From: Candidatus Omnitrophota bacterium | Lineage (GTDB): Bacteria; Omnitrophota; Gorgyraeia; Zapsychrales; Fredricksoniimonadaceae | Assembly (NCBI GenBank): GCA_013285735.1 | Contig: JABDGZ010000002.1 | Location: forward strand, 5,952 to 69,951 | Length of the DNA stretch: 64,000 nucleotides | Direction of reading: 5' to 3' | Shown here: positions 47,042 to 57,400 of the stretch, piece after piece | How the letters are laid out: every line of letters begins with the position of its first letter | Numbering within the stretch: the first letter of the stretch is position 1 | Program-made: the position numbers and the translations under genes | Notes under the pieces: generated by a model | Database searches by the model: none | Told to the model about the DNA's origin: nothing | What the model saw: the letters and a program-made list of their open reading frames with translations, nothing else

Positions 47042-48380
47042 TCGTCACAGTCCTTGTTAAACGCCGCAACAAAGACCCTCTTTCTGATCCCTGCCCCAAG
47101 GACAGGTCCGAGATGATCACCCGATCAATGGCATAAGAAATCTCTTTCTGGTCCACGATTTGTTTATAGCTGGTGGTGTCATGGATGGCGTAAGGTTTTC
47201 CATTGACCATGCCTAAATAAAGCATGATATGCCCTTTCATGGCTAAAAGAGTGTTACCTGCAGGGGATTTGGCAATAGCGGCAATCTTTGTCATATCATC
47301 ACTCTTTTCGTCGAAATCCACGGCACTGTTGCTGACCTGTTTCTGATCTTTGGAATCACGCGGTAAAGAAATTCCAACGGTCGCAAAAACCATTTGTAAA
47401 AATCTGGAACAATCCTGCTCACCGTACATATCTCCCCAGCCATAAGGTTGATTGAGCATCATCAAGGCTTGCTTATAAATATTCCGTGCGGTAAAAGGTA
47501 AAAACCCGGTATTGACATCTTCTGCATTCATAAACGCTTCTTTAACTGCCAAATTACCATCGGCATCCATCACCGGAACATTAATTGTCACACGCCCGGC
47601 GTCAACGCTGGTCAAGGGCAGGCGCATGCCCATGCGCACGTAATCATAATAATCAGTCATGGGTTCATTCAAGAAAATATCCGCCTTTGGCTTGATAACA
47701 ACCGCAAAATCTTTATCTTCAGCAAATTCTTTGACCTGATCAATATCTCCTAAAGCAATATTTTTAGCCTCAACCCACCCATCGCTGATTTCCGTCAGTA
47801 CATAATACCAAAGCCCATCTGCGGAGGTATGCACCACCGCAACCGGCGTCCCTACATCCAGGGCACTATTTTGCAGTTGGTCAAAATCATAATCATCTTT
47901 TTGTTCATATAGGCCTTCATTCGTCGGTAAAAATCGCTGTGAGGCAAAATGCACCACCAAACCATAGCGGGGAGCAACACCTATGACCACCCCACTTAAA
48001 TTCATGTTACGTTTAACATCATCCATAAAATCCTGATCATCCCTCACACCGGCAGAGGTGTAATAGTTTTTAGCCACAATATCCGACAAAGTCTTTTCAA
48101 GATCATCCAGCAATGACTCTGTTTTTAAGTCCTGAATAAGGGTAAAAATATCCTTGGTTAATTTTTTATCTGTGCGCAGGCTGGTATTGAATTGGTCAAT
48201 CGCATCAGGGTTCATGATCACAGCATCGGGTGAGGGGTGGCGACTGATCCAAAAACCAGCTGTTTTCATCATGCGCAGGGAATGCCCTATGAGAGATGGT
48301 GCTTCATAGTTAACACCTTCCTGGGCTAAAACACTGGAAGAAGAAAGCAAAATAAAAATGAGGGCAAATTCAAACTTCAT
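47034..48380 (-). CDS. NlpC/P60 peptidase with N-terminal SH3b-like domains (YkfC-like gamma-D-Glu-diamino acid endopeptidase)
   Basis: Signal peptide. Catalytic Cys context GEQDCSRFLQMVFATVGISLPRDS and His context GHIMLYLG. Confidence 0.75.
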   Translation of the reverse strand: MKFEFALIFILLSSSSVLAQEGVNYEAPSLIGHSLRMMKTAGFWISRHPSPDAVIMNPDAIDQFNTSLRTDKKLTKDIFTLIQDLKTESLLDDLEKTLSDIVAKNYYTSAGVRDDQDFMDDVKRNMNLSGVVIGVAPRYGLVVHFASQRFLPTNEGLYEQKDDYDFDQLQNSALDVGTPVAVVHTSADGLWYYVLTEISDGWVEAKNIALGDIDQVKEFAEDKDFAVVIKPKADIFLNEPMTDYYDYVRMGMRLPLTSVDAGRVTINVPVMDADGNLAVKEAFMNAEDVNTGFLPFTARNIYKQALMMLNQPYGWGDMYGEQDCSRFLQMVFATVGISLPRDSKDQKQVSNSAVDFDEKSDDMTKIAAIAKSPAGNTLLAMKGHIMLYLGMVNGKPYAIHDTTSYKQIVDQKEISYAIDRVIISDLSLGQGSERGSLLRRLTRTVTIE

Positions 48381-48435
48381 AAATTTATTTTATCACAAAC
48401 CCCCCAACACCCAAACAATGTTTGCTTATTTGTGT

Positions 48436-51400
48436 TTAAGTAGACGAAGCCTGCAGCTTATGCTGCAGTTCACTTAAGATTGGCAGATTTACAGCAGGCC
48501 TGATTTCGATGATTTCAGGTATAAAGCCTTGGATATTGTTAAGCCGGGTCATGTCTTGTAAGGCCATAGGAAGCGGCACCCCACGACCATCGCGTCGGAT
48601 TATTAAATTCAAATTCGAAGAATTAAAATTAATACCACCTAAGTCTTCAGAAGATACTGCTGGAGCCATGCCAGAAAAAGTAAACGTGTCCATATGCGTC
48701 GGCCGCGACACCACATTAACTCCACTACCAAATGCAGGTAATGCAGCAGCTACTAGTAAAGAAAGTGATGATGCTAATTGCCTCACAGTCATCGAATTGT
48801 CCATTACATCAGCCAAGTTAGATAAGAGCTCTGGCGTAGACATTGGCTTTGGCAATAACCGCATTATTTTAGGCATATTCTTGAATGGAAGATGCTCACC
48901 AGGCTTGCTATATTCCCCATGATTACCACTCCAAAATACTCGCGGCATATTGGAAACTCTCGGATCAGTGCTAATACTAATTCTTCTAGCCAACTCTTCA
49001 CCATCCATAACAGGCATATTAATATCAGAAATCATCCCATCAAATTTTTTATCTGGATCTTCCAACAATTTCAACGCTTCTTCTCCATTATTAGCAATCG
49101 TGACATTAAGACCCAACACTTTTCCCCACATCCCCAACGACTTAGTAATAGGTTCTTCATCATCAATAATCAAAATATTCTTTCCAGTAAAGAATGTTTT
49201 TAAATCCTCCATTGATCTTGTCGTAATCATCGCCGTATCCAAGACTTTTTTAACCGCCTTACCTACTTCGCTACTAAGATTAAATCTCCCCTTAGCAAAG
49301 AAATGCCCATCTTCAATAGGAATTCCTGCCGCTCGTAAATCTGCTGCGCTACTATCTCCGCTTGTAGCAAAAACAGGGATTTTCTTACCGTGATCTTGCT
49401 CAACCTTATCTAAAGCCTCTTTAATAGTCGGTATCCAACCCCTTACATCAGTCACCAAGGCGTCTACTTCCTCTCCATGTTCTTCCATAATCTTTGCGAG
49501 CTGTTTTGGATTATGCGCTTCTAAAACCACATACCCCATTCTTCTTAGTGCATCTGTAATATCCATTTGAATAAATATTTCATCTTCTGCAACCACAACA
49601 ACCTTTTCTCCTGTGGTCGTCATCGCCACATCAGCGAAAAGATCCCTTGCTACAAAGGCAGATCTCCTTCTAGGATTTTCTTCAAAATAACGTCTTCCTG
49701 CAAATGTACCTGCCCACTGATTTAATGCTCTTTCATACAAAACTTCCACATGCACATTTAATTCAGTTCCTGGTTTATACACATCTTCATATGTCACTGG
49801 AACTCTGATTTCTGCGTAATTACTGATAGGCCAAACAAGAACTACCTTTTCATCTGGATGCCGTTGCAAAATCTTTTCTACAACTATACAAGAATTAGAA
49901 AGAGAAGCTCCAGCTTTTATCGGATTTACTTCTATGGGAAAATCCTCAGCCCGCCATTGCTTCCATTTTAAAGATGCCGCTCCTTCCAAAACTGCATTGA
50001 GAGCAATGGTGTCATTAATAGTACTAGCTGCTATTTCAATTTCACCTCTATCACGGCTTGTAATAATATTGTCTAAATCTGCCAAAGGCATAGCCGATAC
50101 AATTTGCGACACTTCACCGATTCCATTTTTTCTTCCATTTAATATATCAGCCAGACGCTGGACAGTTATCCGCCTGGGATCTATGGGACCTTCCCTGCCA
50201 GAGATCTGGGTGTAATATGTCCGTCTTAATCGTCCAACCACAACCCCTTCTCTTGCTTCTCTTAACTCATTTATCATTCGGAGAATTAATTCTTTATGTT
50301 GTGGGATGACACTGCTTCTTGGTCTTTTCTCAAATGATTCTGCTATCTTTGTTAATTCGTAAGGAGACGCATAGTCAATAATTGAAGCTACTCCACTCAT
50401 AAATCTGCCAGTCTGATCCTCAGTAGTAGTTGCAGATCTCTGCGACAAATAAATTAAACTCTCAACAGCTATTTCTGTGCTCTGTACATCCAAGGCTCGA
50501 TTCATAATAACTCTAAAAATTTCAATCAACTTTGGAAAAATAGTTCTATCCTGAAAAAGTAGACTATGTAATTCGTCCGATTGCCTTAGAATATGGTCTA
50601 CCATTTGCATCACTACTTCTGCTCTTCTGCTAGTGACCATGGGCAAACCCCTGACTTCATCTCTTACGTTTACAGCTTCTCCCCGTGAATTTAAATAAAT
50701 CCCGATTGGAAATCTAGTTTCCCCACCATTAAGTAATTTATTAACTCCAACTGTTCTTAAATACCCGCAAATTAAATCTACTATTATTGGTAAATCTTCT
50801 ACCGAATAAGAACCGCCTAATTCTCCTAATAATTTCTTGAAAAAAGCGCTAATGGCTACTTGATAATCTCCCACGAAGCTCAGTTCTCTAATAGCTTTGG
50901 GTTGAGCCCAATACCAATATTCTTGATTTCTAACTGCATCATCTGTCTCTTTCAGCAACGCACTTTTAACCATTTTTTCTGACCTTAACACCACCCTCGA
51001 CCTTTCAAAATCGCTTCCTGGCACCGGTATTGGGCTAACCAAAGCAAATCCCAAAATTCTTCGATTAAATCCCCTCACATCATCGACATATTGATATAGA
51101 AAAAATGGACGCAAACTCTTAACATCGAGTGTCTCTAACAATGCTTTTGCTTTTTCAAATTCAATTTTAGCCTGTTCAAAATTCTCTGAATCTAGCGCCT
51201 TTGTTCCATTTTTCATATATCTTTGAATGACTGGGCCATTTTCCTCATACGTCGTCTCAAAACGCCCCCTATCACCGCTGGGACGGACACTCCCTTTCTC
51301 ATATTCCTTCTTAAATTTTAAATACGTTTCTACTGTCCCAGACTTTGAACCATACACTTTTTCCAATATTGATCTGGTTTCAACTCCTAAAACCTTGGTA

Positions 51401-54400
51401 CGTCGTTCAAGCAAATTCATTTTTGCAAACACCATACACAGTTTTCCACTAGGAAGTTCTATCAAAACATGATTTGCAATTAATGCTTCTATAATTTTGT
51501 TACCAATAAGTTTAGCCAATGGTGGCAGCTGATCGATAAAACTTGTTCTATCAAAGTCAGCCAAAGATTCCATGGCTTCTATGGCTTCTTTTACCGCATT
51601 TAAATCATTCCTTTGGTAATAAACAACCGCATATTTAAGCCTAAAATACTCATCAAATAAATTCCCGAGATCCACTGTTAAGCCCATTTGTTGATGCAAC
51701 GCTACCAGATTAGAATAGGCAAGGCTTAATTCTGCATTTGCATCATCCCGTTCTCCTGCTCTAATCAATTCTTCACACGCTTTCAACTGGTCTTCAACCC
51801 GTACTTTTGGATCTATTACCGTTGTCATCGACTGATCTCCCAAGCCTAAAAAACGAAGCAGTGGTTTATCGCTGGGAGGATGTCCCAAAAATTCCTCTTG
51901 ATTCTCAGCCTCGTGATTGCTTCCACCTGGCTCTAAAATTAAAGTTCGAAATTCTCTTCCCACTTGAGGATCAAAATCCACCGTCCTATCATCGCCTTCG
52001 CCCACGATCCTCATTGCTTTTATAAAACGTTCGCCGTCATCCTCTGCAACCCCGAGCGATTCGGCATATGTAGAAAAACGTGCATCATAATTTGATCCCA
52101 TAATATGCCGCCATGCAGCTTGATAATGCGTCCCTGCTGTCGGATAGATTCCTGCCTCATTCATCGTGTTAAAATAAACTTCAGTTGAGCTGCCAGGCAC
52201 GCCCGTATGATATCTTAAATCAACAAGAGATAATGCCACCCTCTCAAGCCAGGTATACGCTTGCCCCACCTTGCTTGAAGCTATCATCTTATTAAGTAGA
52301 TCATCCGAAACTTTCTTTCCTTGAATTCTTCCATTTTTTCCTATAATTCTTCTGAGGATTTCGGGATGATATACCATGTTTTCAAACATCTGCGAAGGGA
52401 CTTCATCAGCACCACGCTTTACCCCATGAATTCCGGAAAGTGATGGGTATTTAGCTCTTGTAAGTGCCGCATGCATCAGGTGGCCAAATTCATGCATAAA
52501 TATCGCTACTTCTTTATATGTAAAATTATTTCCTGAGAAATTAGCCACCATCCCTTCCACTGTAGGCTCATACGTCCCATCCGGATGCTCATAAGCTCGA
52601 CGCATGTTGAAGACAGCAAAACCACCTTGCTTACCATCATGCGCCTTTATATCTAAATAAAATTGTCCGATAAAATTCCCTGTTGTTGTATCACTCACTG
52701 AAAAAAGCCTGGCATCTTTATGCCAAGCATTGGTTGAGCCTCTAGGCACTTCTGTAAACGTAACATCCAGGATTTCTTGATAAATATCTAATATATTATT
52801 AATTGTTCTATCAATAGGAAATAGTTCACTCAATTTACTTGGATCAAAACCTAAAATTCTTTCTCTTAATAAATTTTGATAATATGCTCTCTCCCAATTT
52901 TCAATTTTCGTGGCTGATCGATCTGTCTCTTTCTTTATATCAAGAAGCTGAGCTTCTTCTTCCGCTACAAGCGGCATTAAGCCAGTCTTTAACTGATTTA
53001 AAAAACTTTCCACCTCTTGACGATCGTTAGACATATACCTTTTGATGATATAATCAGCATATGTATCATAACCAAGTATCTTAGCAAGCTCCTCACGTCT
53101 CCCCAGGACCTCTTCAAGCAGGGAAACATTATTTAAAGACTGTTGTAAAATAGGAAGAATTCTAGAAAATTTATCCCCAAAGATGGCTGACATACGTTCA
53201 GAATCTTGCCTCAATTTTAATGTTAAAACAATTTCCGTAGGACTTTTGCGCCTTGCCCAACCGTTATCGATCAATATTTGGGAATCTTCATCCCAGCTAA
53301 GTCCATTAGTTTTATCTTTCTCAAATTGATCTTTTGTTACTACCTCTTCACCGGCAGCCCGATTATTATAGGCAAATTCAACTTGTTTCCGAAGAGCAGC
53401 ATTAGTAGACAACTGCATAAATCTGTCATATTGGATGGGAGAAGAGAACTTATTGATAACATATCCTTCTGTCTGTGGATCATAAAAACTTTTTAGTTCA
53501 TCACCTTTAAAAATACCTTCAAGATCACTCTCAGACACCTGAATATTCATTTTATACCCACCAAGATTTGCCTGAAACTGGCTAATTAATCCCCCTATTT
53601 CTCCTCTAATTTCAAGGACTCTTGCCTGCTGCTCGTCAGTCAATTTTAATCCAGACAAACCTATCCCAAGATCTCTAAAATCATCGAGTGTCCAGTCCAA
53701 AAGATACTGGTCTGTTTCATCTAATTTTTCTCCCTTAGCCTGATATTCTGCAATCGCATCATAAATTTCACTTCTTGTACGGGATTTTCTTAAAACTGGC
53801 AAAATCCTTGATTCAAAATCATCGCCGATGGCTGCTGTCATCTTCGCTACTAGATTTTTATCATTCAAATTTACAGTTATGCGTATCTTGGTGGGGCTTA
53901 TGCGCCAGGCCCATCCATTTTCAACTAATTTTTTAGAAACCTCATCCCAATCAGCTCCGATGTCCTCCCTTGTAACAGTTCCTAAATATATATACCCCAT
54001 CAGCAATTGGTTTGTTGCCAGACGAATTGCCTCAGCCGTATTATGCAATTCTGTATCAGGGGTAACAAAAGGAATGATTTGCCAATCCAAAGCATTAAAT
54101 AATTCTGCCCTGGCAATATCAAATGCAGCGACAGTATTCTGAAAGGTCCTTTGTTCGACCGGCCTATTAATAATTTCCTCTACCTCTGCCTCAAGCCTGT
54201 CTCTAGCCGCATTAATTTTCGCTTTAAACTCTTCAGCTGTTAATTCTTCAAAATTATTCTCTGGTAGCGGCTCATCTAAGACTGTGTTAATCTCTACACC
54301 ATCATTACTGATCGTTATTTTATGTGTAGAAGTTCTAATGACTACTTGATTATTTTTATTCACCTTTTCCGTATATATTTTCTTCACACCCTTAATGTAG

Positions 54401-57400
54401 ACAACGGCACCTCGAGCATCCACCCCAACAGCTTTAAGACTTTTTTCTTCTGATTCATATTGCCGGGCTAACGGTGCAATTAATGATGACAAACCAAAAA
54501 ACTTTACAACACCCTGCTGCTGATCAACAATACTAAAAGTTCCAGCCCTATACTCCGTCAACTTGTACGCATACTCACCCTCTTGAGTGATTTCTCTATC
54601 TACTTTAGCGATACCATCATAAAGAACCACCGCTACACCCCGTGGCCTAGCTAACACTTTTAATCTTTTAAATTCTTCAATCGCTTTGGCACCTGGATGC
54701 CAATGATAAGAAGGACTTCCATATAATCTTTCATCACTAACGGGGGCAAGTGGATAAGAAACAGCAGCTTCATGTCCTGTTACAATCTTTGTTAAAAATT
54801 GATCTTTTATTATCCATCTCTCACCACTTTTAGGGTTAATTAAAACTGTCCCTTCTGGCAAAAGCCGCATCTCTTCCCTAGCCTTTTTATTTTCTATCGT
54901 CATTGCATTGTCAGGCATAACAAGGGCTACTTGTATAAGAAACTCTGCAATTTCTTGAGCGTCTTTCGGATAATTCTGTTCATCTGGCCGTATCTCAATC
55001 CCAGGTAATGCGTCTTGAAGTATGCCTCTAAACTTTTCATCGGCGTACGCGGTTTGCCATAGTTGTGATCTCAATTCAGGGTACTCAAGACTCCTTGCAA
55101 TTGCCAAAACAGTTCCACGATCAAAACCAGGCACAGCATTTATGCGCGTGGCAGCATCCTCAATTTTAGATACCTTATCAGAAAGTCCGGTTTCGCTAGA
55201 AATTGTTACTTGCGTTTGACCAGGCGCACTTATCTTCCTGGCAACTACCACCAAAACATTTGATTCAACTTTAACCTTACCAGATGGAATACTCGGGTCA
55301 TGATAAAAAACCCGATTACCTGTATTAAAAATCATCACATTTGCGTTACTTGGGATATTCCGTACCTGCATACGGTTAACTTCGAGTGTTGCTCCTTTTA
55401 TTTCAGATTCTATTAATTGAAAACCTGCTTTCTGTAAAGAGGCATCAAGCGCTGTTTTAAACATATCTACGGCGTCCACCTTAACAGACCTTACCTTTAA
55501 AATCCTCAATATGTCCGCAAAAAGTCCTTCATACTGTTCTTGCAGCTGAGCAGGTGAATTTTGAATCTCAACAAAATATTTTAACGGATCTTTAAGGTAA
55601 TCACTCAGTAATTTTACATCTGCGTCATGCATTTTATGTCGGCTTGTCGCAAAACTCATTGCTAACGCTCTACGGTTAACCTTCAAATAACTCCGCATGA
55701 CCTTTTGATTTGTTCCAGGCATAAACGAGACAGCAGGGAAAAAAACTGCATCTTGAGATGCCATTACTACATCAGCCGATGGTGCCAAATCAATAAACCC
55801 AACCATTAAGCCATCTTCCCTTAAAACACGATGCATTTCTGCTGTCGCATGATCCAAATCAAAAAATGTATCCAGGACAGCATAGCTGACAATACCAGGT
55901 ATTGAATTATTAGGAAACTGCATCGCATTGACGTTAACAACAATCTTGGGCGTGTCATATTGATTACGTTTCAAATTATCTTCAATGACATCTGATTGAA
56001 TAATACGCCCTCTCATTCCTTGAGCAAGACGAGAAAGCTCCCCTTCCCCACTTCCTATCTCTAAAATCGGCGAAGTAGTATGACCAAAATATTGCGCTAA
56101 TGTATTTCCAACAACCATACTCGTGGCAGGTCTAAAATCTTGTCTGAATTCATTGTACATTCTAAACACTTCAGGGGTGTTCCATAGCGGTGGACGTTGA
56201 TCACCATTCATCGCTTCGTCACCGCTGTTCAGATTTTCTTTTTCACCTGTTCCATGAATATCGGTTTTGACAACTTCATCTTTTCCCTCTGCAAACTCGT
56301 CAGGTATTTGATCCACAACTTCTGCTGGCAATGTTACAAAATCATGGACAACTGCAACGTTAGGAACCAGGTATGGAATTCCATTAGGTCCCATCCTTAC
56401 AAGGCTTCTCCTAAACCCACCTGAAAAATACTTCCTCGGAATAGCTTCATTGGTGTACTTATCCACATCTTCCTTGATGTAATTAAAGACACCTTTTTTG
56501 AACGCCTTCAAATAACGTTCATAGATTGCTTCATTGGTTTTGGGGTCCTGGTCAACACCTTTGACCTTGGCTTTGTCGGCATACACCTTCCCTAATAGTG
56601 ACTCCTTCAAGGCTTTCTTATACCAGGTCGCAAGCACCATGCCGCTGTACATTTGGCGCAAGCTTGCAAAATTCTTACCTTCATTGACTTCTTTTTCTAA
56701 TTCGGGAAGGATGATTTCACGGATGACTTGGGAAGCGATCGCATGGGTGTTGTTCTTGTTATGGATTCCCGCTTTCGCGGGAATGACATTATTGATCGCG
56801 GAATGTTTTTGTAAGGACAGATAGTCTTCTTCTAACATCACCTTTAAATGGCTTTGGAGAATGTAGGCGGTGTTGCCGCTTTCGTAGACAATGGCTTGAT
56901 CCGGCACAATCCACACTTTATTAAACGTATTCACTGGAATACTGGTGGTGTGGTATTCTTTCCAGGCACGTTCATAGATCCTAGCCCAAAACTTCTTACC
57001 CAAACCATCTTCGGGATAAATCAGGCTTGAAGTGATTTGTTTGAGCATATAATCTTGGGCCAAAAGGTCCCGGCCCATTTCAGTTTTTCCGAAATCGTCC
57101 TTAATAATACGATTATGTTCATACGGGGATAGATTGACCCATTGGTCTTCATCAGGAATGGTCAAAGAGGCCAGAAAATATTTGACCAATTTCGTATATT
57201 CTAGCTTTTTTTGATCACTATCTAATTCTTGATCGCCTTTATGGATTAAAAAATCAAACTGCAAAGCATTATCCGGATGAATGGTTATGCCCTGTAAATA
57301 GGCCGGTGTAAATTCAGGACTTAAATGCACCATCACTCCAGGCATTGGCAAACGCGGCATCTGATCCTGTGACAACTGGGCATAGGCCGGGCTTTTAACC

